Below are positions 7,496 through 15,764 of a DNA stretch of 64,000 nt, in pieces. The position numbers and the translations under genes were made by a program. Below the pieces are notes generated by a model. That model was not told the origin of the DNA. It saw only the letters and a list, made by a program, of their open reading frames with translations, and ran no database searches. The DNA lies in assembly GCA_017504245.1 (NCBI GenBank), contig JAFVRQ010000083.1, positions 6,590 to 70,589 on the forward strand, written 5' to 3'. Source of the DNA: Clostridia bacterium. Its GTDB lineage: Bacteria > Bacillota > Clostridia > Oscillospirales > CAG-272. The stretch's first letter is position 1. The number at the start of each line of letters is the position of its first letter.

Positions 7496-9319
7496 TTATT
7501 TGTCAAGCTCTAAGGACACGAAATTGCCAGCGCCCGCGTGCTTGCGAACGAAATTATAAACCTCATCAGCATCAAGCATTATGCTGACGTCACTCCTCTT
7601 ATTAACGCTATCGTAATAGAAAAGCTCACTGTTCGTATCAAAATTCATCAAATTATTCGTTTTGTCGGGCTTACAGGTACCGCTCAAGGTTTTTGTTCTA
7701 TCCGTAACAATAGTTGCGCCGCTATTGCTCGACTGTTCAAACTTGTCACCGTATGACTTGATATAGCTTGAAGAATTGATAAAGGGCTTTGATGAATAGT
7801 GGAAATGGTTATTTTCGCTGAACAAATACGAGCCCTTTCTCAAATCGTGACAGTTGGTGCATTGGTCGAAGCAGTTGTTATATGAGTGAACGTTAACGTT
7901 TCTGCCAAGGGGCAAACGGGATTCAACCTTATAGAAATAGTTGTGGTGCATAGTCATATTCATACACGCCTGTGAATCAGAGCTTCCGAAGAGCATCGTT
8001 TTCTTTGGATTGTTGAAATAGTTATATGCAAGAGTAAGACCTGAAACGTTATTAAAATCAATAGCTCCGTCGCCCGCGTATTTGTCGCGCTCGCCCGAAA
8101 TATCCCAAGCGTTGTAGCCGCGGTTGAAGGTGCAATTATGTACCCAATATCTTGAATGATTTGCAAGCTCCTCTCTGTCTCCGCCGAGGAAGTTGAGCGC
8201 ATCCTCGGGATAGCCCGTAAAGGTGAGATTTTTAATCTCAATGTTGCTGCACTCCTCAAAGCTTATGCCGAACTGGAAGATTTCAGCATCCGCGCCAACA
8301 CCCTCGATTGTGATATTAGTTGAGCCCTTAACCTCAAGCATATTATAATAGGAATCGTCGTCGAAGGTCGTTTTGCCCTTAAGATCGGGATAATCGCTTC
8401 CCTTATAGGTTGTTGTTGAGGAGCTTGTGCCCGTAATTCTCACGTCGGTAAGTCCCGTGGCGGTAGTTTTGTAATTATACGTTCCGGGCTCGCTTCCCTT
8501 GTTGTTTATCTTAACGATAAGATTTTGAAGATTTTCGCCGTATTCGGTTGAAAAGGTGTTTTCAAAGAAATCGTCAGTCGCATTCGAGCCGTCTGCAAGA
8601 CGGGGCTCTACGTTTTTGTAATTCCATTGGTTCGTTGTGATCTTGCCGATAACACGAATGAGCATAGGAGTACTTGACTTGTACTGCGCCTGAAGAATAT
8701 TTACAAGACCAGTGTAAACCGTTCCGTTAATCTCGCAGGTAACCGTATTCTTGTTTTCATTGGTAACGTAGATGATCTTCGTTCCCTCTTTAATCGTTCC
8801 ATCGTTGTTGTATGCGCCAACGCCGTTCGCCGCGCCAAAGTGCGCGTAACCCGATCTGTCCTGCGCGGAAACGTTGATATTGGTCAATTCAATATGGAAT
8901 ACTCCGCTTGAATTCTTTTCGTGCGCCTCGATTTTCACCATATAAGTGCCTTTTGTGATGCCGAGAATATAGCAATTAAGTGTTTCTCCGTCAGCTATCA
9001 TAAGCTCATCATCAAGCTGAACGTAATCAGAATTGTCAGCATCCTTGAGCTTATAGTAAACTGCGTAGGTATATTCATCACTTGCGGTAAACGAAAGATT
9101 AATTGCTTCGTTTACACCAAAAACCTCAACGTTACCAATGGTATCTTCATTGGGATTGCTTCCCTGTCCGTTGCCCGTGGTTGTAGAGGTCGTTGACGTT
9201 GTGGGCTTTGCCGTAGTTGTTGTTTTGCTTGTTGATGAAGTATCAACGGGAGTGTCAAGGCAAGCCGCCAATGACAAAAGCATTGTAAAAACGAGTGTTA
9301 AAAGAATTATTCTTTTCAT
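7496..9319 (-). CDS. secreted lipoprotein, PL1 pectate-lyase-like right-handed beta-helix enzyme
   Basis: Signal peptide with lipobox LSLAAC, then a Thr/Ser linker and a beta-sandwich-like module. Also YWVHNCTF, DGAIDF, MTMHHNYF and RLPLGRNVNVHSYNN, which resemble PL1 signatures. Paralogue of 61041-63362. Confidence 0.75.
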   Translation of the reverse strand: MKRIILLTLVFTMLLSLAACLDTPVDTSSTSKTTTTAKPTTSTTSTTTGNGQGSNPNEDTIGNVEVFGVNEAINLSFTASDEYTYAVYYKLKDADNSDYVQLDDELMIADGETLNCYILGITKGTYMVKIEAHEKNSSGVFHIELTNINVSAQDRSGYAHFGAANGVGAYNNDGTIKEGTKIIYVTNENKNTVTCEINGTVYTGLVNILQAQYKSSTPMLIRVIGKITTNQWNYKNVEPRLADGSNATDDFFENTFSTEYGENLQNLIVKINNKGSEPGTYNYKTTATGLTDVRITGTSSSTTTYKGSDYPDLKGKTTFDDDSYYNMLEVKGSTNITIEGVGADAEIFQFGISFEECSNIEIKNLTFTGYPEDALNFLGGDREELANHSRYWVHNCTFNRGYNAWDISGERDKYAGDGAIDFNNVSGLTLAYNYFNNPKKTMLFGSSDSQACMNMTMHHNYFYKVESRLPLGRNVNVHSYNNCFDQCTNCHDLRKGSYLFSENNHFHYSSKPFINSSSYIKSYGDKFEQSSNSGATIVTDRTKTLSGTCKPDKTNNLMNFDTNSELFYYDSVNKRSDVSIMLDADEVYNFVRKHAGAGNFVSLELDK

Positions 9320-9320
9320 A

Positions 9321-9557
9321 TCAGTTCACCTTTCCGATAATATTTTGTTCCTTCTGATTGTAAGCGAAGGTGGGGCATTCACCGCCCATTTGTATCGTAT
9401 AAGCAAAATCGCCGTCTGCGTCAACCTTTACCTCAAAAACGAATCCAAAGCGTATCTCTCCGCGATATCGAAAACGCACGAAATCACGATATTTGTATTT
9501 CGCGTCCTCGGGCCAAAGATCCTTTTTGGACTTCTTTTTGAATATATTAAAAAACAT
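9321..9557 (-). CDS. hypothetical small protein
   Basis: 78-aa ORF ending 2 nt before the lyase-like gene start, co-directional. No recognisable motif. Confidence 0.45.
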   Translation of the reverse strand: MFFNIFKKKSKKDLWPEDAKYKYRDFVRFRYRGEIRFGFVFEVKVDADGDFAYTIQMGGECPTFAYNQKEQNIIGKVN

Positions 9558-9643
9558 AATATCACCTCTTTACTACATCATAACATACTTTTATAAAAAT
9601 AGCAAGAAAAATCGTTCTCTAATATTATATTTTTATTCTGTTG

Positions 9644-9672
9644 TTGACAAAATCCAAAAATTGTGATACAAT
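9644..9672 (+). promoter_or_regulatory. sigmaA-type promoter with extended -10
   Basis: TTGACA 9644-9649, 17-nt spacer, TGaTACAAT 9664-9672. Overlaps a divergent minus-strand TTGTCA/TATAAT-like promoter for the 9557 operon. Confidence 0.75.
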
Positions 9673-9677
9673 AATTT

Positions 9678-9833
9678 CACCACACGAATCGCATATTTGT
9701 TCTCTACTTATGGGAAAATACTTTGTAAAAAGTGTTTTCTCTCTTTCTCATACCGTAAGTGGAGAGCATTTGTGTGGTAACTAATGTGAGGGAAACATTT
9801 TTTGTGCGTTCCCTCGGGAGCGCACTTTTTGTT
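9678..9833 (+). promoter_or_regulatory. structured 5' leader (or small RNA) with mutually exclusive antiterminator/terminator; class unknown
   Basis: Helices 9679-9685/9772-9778, 9700-9713/9753-9766 (three G-U pairs) and 9714-9724/9729-9739. Antiterminator 9788-9794/9809-9815 competes with terminator 9804-9812/9817-9825 plus its T-tract. Confidence 0.55.
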
Positions 9834-9848
9834 TGAAAGGATTTGATA

Positions 9849-10139
9849 ATGAAAGATGATTTAACAATGGGTGATTTATTAATAAATGAATTTTCTCTTG
9901 AAAAAATTGAGCAAATAGAGAAATCAATCGGGGATGATGAGATCCTTACGCACAGCAGACATCATATGATAATGATGAATCGAATATTTCGTGAGCACGT
10001 TGGAGGAAGTTTTCTTCCATTTCCTGAGGTGGATAATCTTTACGAACGGATAAGAAGTAAGATTATTGTTAAATTCGGCATCCAAACGAAATATGATAAA
10101 ATATCCAAAAGAAGAAGAAGGAAAAGAAAGTTCAAATGA
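9849..10139 (+). CDS. hypothetical protein with highly basic C-terminus (KRRRRKRKFK)
   Basis: ATG at 9849 preceded by GAAAGGA (9834-9840); followed by a terminator at 10139-10166. No recognisable family. Confidence 0.45.
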   Translation: MKDDLTMGDLLINEFSLEKIEQIEKSIGDDEILTHSRHHMIMMNRIFREHVGGSFLPFPEVDNLYERIRSKIIVKFGIQTKYDKISKRRRRKRKFK

Positions 10140-10166
10140 AGCACCGAAGAAATTTGGTGCTTTTTC
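10139..10166 (+). terminator. intrinsic terminator
   Basis: Stem AAGCACC 10139-10145 / GGTGCTT 10156-10162 followed by a T-run. Confidence 0.65.
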
Positions 10167-10199
10167 GTATTTTTTATTTTTAAATATGACAAAAATCTA

Positions 10200-10228
10200 T
10201 TGATTATTTTGTAAAAATGGTGTATAAT
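10200..10228 (+). promoter_or_regulatory. sigmaA-type promoter of ssrA
   Basis: TTGATT 10200-10205, 17-nt spacer, TATAAT 10223-10228. Confidence 0.65.
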
Positions 10229-10242
10229 AAGGCATCATACAC

Positions 10243-10635
10243 GGGCTCGTAATGGTTTCGACGGGGATTTTGAGGTATGATAAGCGTGGCGGGCTGAGTA
10301 ATCCCGATAACTGCTCAAATTTTAAATTAAACGACAACAATTCTGTTGCTATGGCTGCCTAATTGATGCGCCTTAGGGCGCTTCAATTGGCAGTGCTGTG
10401 ACCTGCGGGTCACCCGTTCCTCCGCAGAGGACCACGACTGCGGACTGAGCGTCATCGTAGTGGTGAACTTGCATCGGCGGTCGCACCTGAACCGATCAAG
10501 CACAAAGGTGCTACGGACTAAACGTTGCCTGTCAGTTGGCGGCGTGTAGTGGGAAGAAATAAAAACTGACTGCCCACGGAGAAGGTCATATCAAGAAGTT
10601 TTCGGACAGGGGTTCGATTCCCCTCGAGTCCACCA
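10243..10635 (+). ncRNA. ssrA: transfer-messenger RNA (tmRNA)
   Basis: 5' GGGCUCG pairs with 3' CGAGUCC-ACCA, including the G3:U wobble. T-arm GGTTCGATTCCCC. Internal tag frame ends ...NDNNSVAMAA-TAA (stop at 10360-10362). Encoded CCA end. Confidence 0.9.
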
Positions 10636-10646
10636 AAAAATAATAA

Positions 10647-10680
10647 GGGAGTGCTCTTTAGAGTGCTCCCTTGTTATTTT
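10647..10680 (+). terminator. ssrA intrinsic terminator
   Basis: 10-bp stem 10647-10656/10661-10670 with two G-U pairs that work only on the + strand, followed by a T-rich tract. Confidence 0.75.
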
Positions 10681-10695
10681 TTCGTTGCATAAGAT

Positions 10696-10709
10696 GAGGG
10701 GAATCGAAC
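10696..10709 (-). repeat. inverted 14-nt copy of the tmRNA T-arm (GTTCGATTCCCCTC)
   Basis: Exact reverse complement of 10612-10625. Confidence 0.8.
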
Positions 10710-10815
10710 GCAGTGAAAAAACAGCACAGTGCGCTGTTTTTGAACGGTGACCGAAGATTTTTGCAAAGCATACACTAAAAAATCTTGCTTCTTGCTTTAC
10801 AAAAATCAAGAACGA

Positions 10816-10834
10816 ATTCCCCTCGAGTCCACCA
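10816..10834 (+). repeat. direct 19-nt copy of the tmRNA 3' end (ATTCCCCTCGAGTCCACCA)
   Basis: Identical to 10617-10635, about 200 bp downstream. Confidence 0.85.
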
Positions 10835-10844
10835 CTAATTAAAA

Positions 10845-10880
10845 CAAAAAGTGCTATCCTTCGGGAAAGCACTTTTGTTT
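10845..10880. terminator. bidirectional intrinsic terminator
   Basis: Stem AAAAGTGCT 10847-10855 / AGCACTTTT 10868-10876 with a T-run after. Lies just downstream of the minus-strand gene ending at 10882. Confidence 0.8.
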
Positions 10881-10881
10881 T

Positions 10882-12375
10882 TTATCCAATAAAAATCTCT
10901 TTAATCTGATATTTTGGCTCGCAGGTGACGTTAAGTCCGAGCTTTTTGAGGACCTCGACGTCTGCGCTTGGGAGCATCACGGTTGAGTGAATGTCGCACC
11001 CTGCAAGGTTTGGAAGGTGCTTTAGCACATAAGCCGCAGTTGCTGACGTGTGCGCGGAAATCGAAAGCGCGATGAGTATCTCGTTTACGTTCAACTTCTT
11101 ATATGTTCTTGAAAGATACTGACATTTAAGCTTCTGCACAGGACCTATTACCTCGGGAGCGAGCAAATGTATCTCGTCCGGAATACCCGTAATCTCCTTG
11201 AGTGCATTAAGGAGCATAGCAGACACGCTTTCAAGCAATTCTGTTGACTTGCCCGTTATAATTCGTCCGTCGGAAAGCTCGATAGCAGCCGCAGGAACAC
11301 CGGTTTCAGTGCTCTTTGCCTTAGCTGCGGCAATAACCCTGCGATAATCCTTAGAAATACCTGCCTGCTGCATTAGCAGCTCTATTTTTTGAACGGCATT
11401 TCTATTTCTTTCAGTATCGTCATCTCGGCAGGCACAAAGCGCGTCGTAGTAACGGCGAACTATCTCTCGCTTTGAAGCATCGCACGCGCCTTCGTCGTCA
11501 ATAATACAGTTTCCAACCATATTCACACCCATATCCGTGGGAGAAAAATACGGAGAATTGCCATCGTAAATCCCTTTAAAAATCGCGTCAAGCACGGGGA
11601 AAATTTCAACGTCACGGTTATAGTTTACTGCCATCTCACCATATTTTTCAAGGTGATATGGGTCGATCATATTCACGTCGTTAAGATCGGCAGTTGCCGC
11701 CTCATAGGCAAGATTAACGGGGTGGCGGAGCGGCTTGTTCCAAATCGGGAAGGTCTCAAACTTCGCATAACCCGCCTTAATTCCTTTTTTATTGTCATTA
11801 TAAAGCTGTGAAAGACAAACAGCCATCTTCCCGCTGCCCGGACCCGGACCTGTAACGATAACGAGCTCCCTTTCGGTTTCAATATACTCATTTTTTCCAA
11901 AACCGTTATCGCTGACGATTTTTTCAACGTTTGAAGGGTAACCCTCAATAGTATAATGATGATAAATCCTTATACCCTGCTCCTTTAGCTTTCTTTCAAA
12001 TTTTTCAACCGAAGGATGCGCGGACTCAAAGCGCGTGAGCACCACGCTTCCAACGTAAAGTCCAACGTTACGGAATGCGTCAATAAGACGAAGCACGTCA
12101 AGGTCATAGGTAATACCGAGGTCACCGCGAATTTTATTCTTTTCAATATCGTCGGTGCTTACAACGATAACTATCTCGGCTTTTTCCTTAAGCTGAAGTA
12201 GCATTTTAAGCTTTGAGTCGGGCTTGAATCCCGGAAGCACGCGTGAAGCGTGATAATCGTCAAAGAGCTTGCCTCCGAATTCGAGATAGAGCTTACCGCC
12301 AAATTGATCTATTCTATCCCTGATATGCTTTGACTGTAACTCAATATATTTTTGATTATCGAAGCTGATATTCAT
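10882..12375 (-). CDS. DUF1846 / UPF0371 family protein
   Basis: 497 aa. N-terminus FDNQKYIELQSKHIRDRI...KLYLEFGGKLFDDYHASRVLPGFKPDSKL matches my memory of the UPF0371 family. Confidence 0.75.
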   Translation of the reverse strand: MNISFDNQKYIELQSKHIRDRIDQFGGKLYLEFGGKLFDDYHASRVLPGFKPDSKLKMLLQLKEKAEIVIVVSTDDIEKNKIRGDLGITYDLDVLRLIDAFRNVGLYVGSVVLTRFESAHPSVEKFERKLKEQGIRIYHHYTIEGYPSNVEKIVSDNGFGKNEYIETERELVIVTGPGPGSGKMAVCLSQLYNDNKKGIKAGYAKFETFPIWNKPLRHPVNLAYEAATADLNDVNMIDPYHLEKYGEMAVNYNRDVEIFPVLDAIFKGIYDGNSPYFSPTDMGVNMVGNCIIDDEGACDASKREIVRRYYDALCACRDDDTERNRNAVQKIELLMQQAGISKDYRRVIAAAKAKSTETGVPAAAIELSDGRIITGKSTELLESVSAMLLNALKEITGIPDEIHLLAPEVIGPVQKLKCQYLSRTYKKLNVNEILIALSISAHTSATAAYVLKHLPNLAGCDIHSTVMLPSADVEVLKKLGLNVTCEPKYQIKEIFIG

Positions 12376-12387
12376 AACATTTCCGCC

Positions 12388-12855
12388 TTAATCGTTACGT
12401 GATTTGAATGCGCGTTCCATATCGCGCTTTGCATCGTTTCGTGCCATATCGTCGCGCTTATCATAGAGCTTTTTGCCTCGGCAAAGACCAATTTCTACCT
12501 TTACCCTTGAGTTTTTAAGATAAACCTGCAGGGGAACGAGCGTATATCCCTTTTGCGCAACGAGTCCAAATAGCTTTAATATCTCCCTTTTGTGAAGCAA
12601 AAGCTTTTTCGGGCGCAGAGGGTCCTTATTAAAAACGTTTCCCTGCTCGTAGGGGCTTATATGCATACCAAGGACGAAAACCTCGCCGTCCTTAATATCA
12701 CAATAAGATTCCTTAACGTTCACCTTTCCGGCTCGAATGCTTTTGACCTCAGTGCCGAAAAGCTCGATTCCCGCCTCATATTTTTCCTCAACGAAGTAAT
12801 CGTGATACGCCTTTTTGTTCTGTGCTATTATTTTAACTGAATTTTTTTCCGCCAT
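12388..12855 (-). CDS. smpB: SsrA-binding protein SmpB
   Basis: [28 protein letters not shown] and basic C-terminal tail. Start moved to the ATG at 12855 (MAEKNS), abutting the stop of the upstream gene. Confidence 0.92.
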   Translation of the reverse strand: MAEKNSVKIIAQNKKAYHDYFVEEKYEAGIELFGTEVKSIRAGKVNVKESYCDIKDGEVFVLGMHISPYEQGNVFNKDPLRPKKLLLHKREILKLFGLVAQKGYTLVPLQVYLKNSRVKVEIGLCRGKKLYDKRDDMARNDAKRDMERAFKSRND

Positions 12856-12856
12856 A

Positions 12857-13372
12857 TTATACCAATCTTTCGTATGCCACGCGCTCCTGTCCGTCAAGAA
12901 GACGAATAGAACCGCAATATTCAAAGCCGTTCTTTTGGAGCATTTTTCTCATTGGCTCGTTTCCTTGATGAGTGTCAACCCTAATGCTTGAATATCCGTT
13001 TTCATTTGCATATTCCAAAAGAAACTCAACTATTTTTTCTGCAACACCGCGTCCGCGATGATTACTGTCTATAGCAATTCTATGTAATGCAAGATATTCG
13101 CCCTCGGAAAGCCACGCGCCGCAATAAATTTTCTTATAGGTCGGCTCCCCGTGAAGCATAAGAGCAAAGGTTGCCAAAATCTCGCCGTCCTCAACCGCAA
13201 CGAAGCCCCTTTCAAGCATAATATCCTCTTTAACGATTTCCCTTGTGGGATATCCGTATTGCCATTGGTCTATACCAAGACGTCCGATGCTTTCGCGCGC
13301 ATCGGCAATTATCTGCATTATTCTGTCAACATCCTTTTTTTCTGCGATTCTGATAATCATAATTACCTCCAC
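12857..13372 (-). CDS. GNAT-family N-acetyltransferase
   Basis: 171 aa. Acetyl-CoA-binding segment [24 protein letters not shown] (R-G-x-G-x-A pattern). Confidence 0.8.
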   Translation of the reverse strand: MEVIMIIRIAEKKDVDRIMQIIADARESIGRLGIDQWQYGYPTREIVKEDIMLERGFVAVEDGEILATFALMLHGEPTYKKIYCGAWLSEGEYLALHRIAIDSNHRGRGVAEKIVEFLLEYANENGYSSIRVDTHQGNEPMRKMLQKNGFEYCGSIRLLDGQERVAYERLV

Positions 13373-13390
13373 CCTATTATATGGAACGCT

Positions 13391-13726
13391 TCATTTACTG
13401 CTTGAGCATCTGCTACAGGGCTTGCTTTTCCCCTCAAGCTGTGCTTGTTCAACAGTTCCGTGATAAATCGTTTTTGAATTAGTTAGATAACTGCATTTAT
13501 AGCTTTCGTGCCAGCTTGTTCCGGAGGCAGTCCAAAAAACGTCACCCTCTGCCGCAAGCAATGAGTTCTCCCTATCTTCAATCTCCTGCTTTATTGAGGA
13601 TACTGCCGCGTCATCTGCCAAAATACCCGTGTTTCTCGCGCTTCCCGTGTAATTCAAAGCATTCGAGCAAGAAGCGAAAAAGCAGCATAAAACAATGCAC
13701 AAAGCCGTTAATTCCAATATTTTCAT
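13391..13726 (-). CDS. small secreted lipoprotein with C-terminal His/Cys motif
   Basis: MKILELTALCIVLCCFFASC signal/lipobox. C-terminus WHESYKCSYL...GKSKPCSRC. ATG at 13726 preceded by AAGGA. Confidence 0.55.
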   Translation of the reverse strand: MKILELTALCIVLCCFFASCSNALNYTGSARNTGILADDAAVSSIKQEIEDRENSLLAAEGDVFWTASGTSWHESYKCSYLTNSKTIYHGTVEQAQLEGKSKPCSRCSSSK

Positions 13727-13850
13727 ATAAATCCTTATGGTAAACAATATTTTCCTATAATAATATTAACACAAATTTAAGGATATATCAATAACTTTTT
13801 TCGTATTTTTTAAAATTTTTAAGGTCATCCCATATGAGATGACCTTAAAA

Positions 13851-15761
13851 TTATATTTGCTTTAAAATTCTTGCGCTGTGAGGAGGAATGGTTATATAAT
13901 TTTCAAAGCTCTCATAAGAAAGCATATCGATCCATTTTCCCTCAATTCGAGTGCGGTAAATGCTCTCACCGCCGTTTGCCACAACAATCACGCGCGAATC
14001 TTCTTTTTTTCTTTCATAGGTAAGGGTTTCCTTTCCGTATTCTAACACGCGGAAATCTCCTCTGTCAAATGCCTTTTCGATAACGCGAAGCTCACCGAGT
14101 TTTTTGTAATGCTCAAGAAGCTCAAGATTTTCTCTTCCCCAGGGGTAAGTTCTTCTGCAGAAGGGGTCGTGATATCCCTCAAGACCTGCTTCATCTCCGT
14201 AGAACACCGACGGAATACCGTAAACGGTATATTGCAAAATAGAAGCCAATTTCAGTCTTTGAACGGCAATATCCCTCTCGTGCGCGCTCATTCTCATAAC
14301 AGCAAGATGATCGTTTGAGGCATCGGGACGGAAATTGTCACCAAGCACCGTCAAAATTCTTTCGGTATCGTGCGTACCGAGAATGTTCATAAGAGAATCG
14401 CTCACGCATCTCGGATATGATGAATAAAGCTCAATAAGTACGTTATAAAGCAGCTCCGCGCTTCCATAAGTAACGAAATCTATAATTCCGTTACGGAGCG
14501 GATAGTTCATAACGCTGTCAAGCTGACGGCCGTGGAAATAATTTCTTCTTTTTCCGTATGCGCTCTTTACCGCAGCATTTTCCCAAACCTCACCGATAAC
14601 TATTCCCTCACCGCAGGAATTTTTGTGAACTCTTTCGCGAAGCTGATACAAAAATTCGTCAGGCAATTCATCAGCAACGTCAAGACGCCAACCTCCGATC
14701 CCCATTTTTGTGTATTTTTCAACAACTCCGCCCTCACCAACGAAGAAATTACGGCATTCCTCGTTATTTTGATTGAGCTTAGGGAGAATATCAATACCCC
14801 ACCAAGAATCATATTCACAAGGGTATGATTTGAAATTATACCAATCGCGGTATTTCGAATTTTCGCAGTTACAAGCGCCGTTTGAAACGTATTTTCTATA
14901 CTTATTAAAATACACGCTATCGTCACCCGTATGGTTGAAAACACCGTCAAGAATTATCCTTATTCCCTTTTCTTTCGCCTTTTCTATCAAGGAAATGAAT
15001 GCTTCCTCACCGCCGAACATCTCGTCGATCTTCATATAATCGCCCGTATCGTATTTGTGGTTAGAATACGCCTTGAAAATGGGGCTAAGATAAATAACCT
15101 TACCGCCCAAAGTCTCAAGGTAATCGAGCTTATCCTCAATTCCCTTGAGGTTTCCGCCGAAAAACATATTGTTTTTAAGCTTATCGCCCTGATTTTTGAC
15201 ATACTGAGGAACACCGTTATACCAATCGTCGTTTATTATATAATCATCGCGGTAATAGGGCGCAATATCCCCCTTCGCAAAGCGGTCAACGAAAATATGG
15301 TACATAATGCCCTTGCCAAACCACTCCTTAGCGCGGAAATAATCCTCGTAAACAAGCAAAGAGAATTTTGATTCCGAGTGATATGAAAGCTCAAAATCAA
15401 AATTATTTATGCTATGCGTGAAAAGGGTTCTCGTACCGCGAAGAAACAAAAATTCATAGAAAAAGAGCGCGGGCACCGGTCCGCAAAGCGTTCGCATATT
15501 CAATTCAACGGTATATTCCTCGCGTCCAAGCTCAAAGCTTGAAAGAGTAAGAGGAATATCCCAATAGTCCTCTCCGTCGCGGTTTATTCTCATAACCACG
15601 CCCTGAGAGCCCATACTTGTGGGAATACTTATTCTATATCGAATATCATCATTCACGGAAAATGCCCCGCTATACGAGGCATTCTCCCAAGATGAACCAA
15701 CCTTGAATTCTTTAATGATCTCAACACCGTTAGTTGAGGCATTACACTGTTGATTATACAT
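13851..15761 (-). CDS. GH13 alpha-amylase-family glycoside hydrolase (neopullulanase/cyclomaltodextrinase-like)
   Basis: GH13 regions DGVFNHTG, GGWRLDVADEL, VIGEVWE, LGTHDTERI. Last gene of the glg operon. Confidence 0.85.
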   Translation of the reverse strand: MYNQQCNASTNGVEIIKEFKVGSSWENASYSGAFSVNDDIRYRISIPTSMGSQGVVMRINRDGEDYWDIPLTLSSFELGREEYTVELNMRTLCGPVPALFFYEFLFLRGTRTLFTHSINNFDFELSYHSESKFSLLVYEDYFRAKEWFGKGIMYHIFVDRFAKGDIAPYYRDDYIINDDWYNGVPQYVKNQGDKLKNNMFFGGNLKGIEDKLDYLETLGGKVIYLSPIFKAYSNHKYDTGDYMKIDEMFGGEEAFISLIEKAKEKGIRIILDGVFNHTGDDSVYFNKYRKYVSNGACNCENSKYRDWYNFKSYPCEYDSWWGIDILPKLNQNNEECRNFFVGEGGVVEKYTKMGIGGWRLDVADELPDEFLYQLRERVHKNSCGEGIVIGEVWENAAVKSAYGKRRNYFHGRQLDSVMNYPLRNGIIDFVTYGSAELLYNVLIELYSSYPRCVSDSLMNILGTHDTERILTVLGDNFRPDASNDHLAVMRMSAHERDIAVQRLKLASILQYTVYGIPSVFYGDEAGLEGYHDPFCRRTYPWGRENLELLEHYKKLGELRVIEKAFDRGDFRVLEYGKETLTYERKKEDSRVIVVANGGESIYRTRIEGKWIDMLSYESFENYITIPPHSARILKQI

Positions 15762-15764
15762 TGA

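Noticed and set aside
9138-9596. 152-codon + strand ORF
   Set aside because: It is entirely antisense to the signal-peptide/linker part of the PL1-like gene and to the 78-aa gene. The Val-rich repeats mirror the Thr-rich linker on the other strand.
10591-10872. 93-codon minus-strand ORF
   Set aside because: It runs antisense through the tmRNA 3' end, its terminator and the duplicated att-like fragments, with no RBS. It is an artefact of the repeats.
10636-10882. Intact genomic island or prophage integrated at ssrA
   Set aside because: Only about 180 bp separate the duplicated tmRNA ends, and there is no integrase, excisionase or cargo. The next gene (DUF1846) and smpB are core-like. Only a scar can be claimed.
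13816-13850. Hairpin AAGGTCATC/GATGACCTT after the GH13 gene, considered as a canonical terminator
   Set aside because: On the transcribed (minus) strand the stem is followed by an A-run rather than a U-tract, so I did not list it as an intrinsic terminator. It may still pause or stabilise the transcript.
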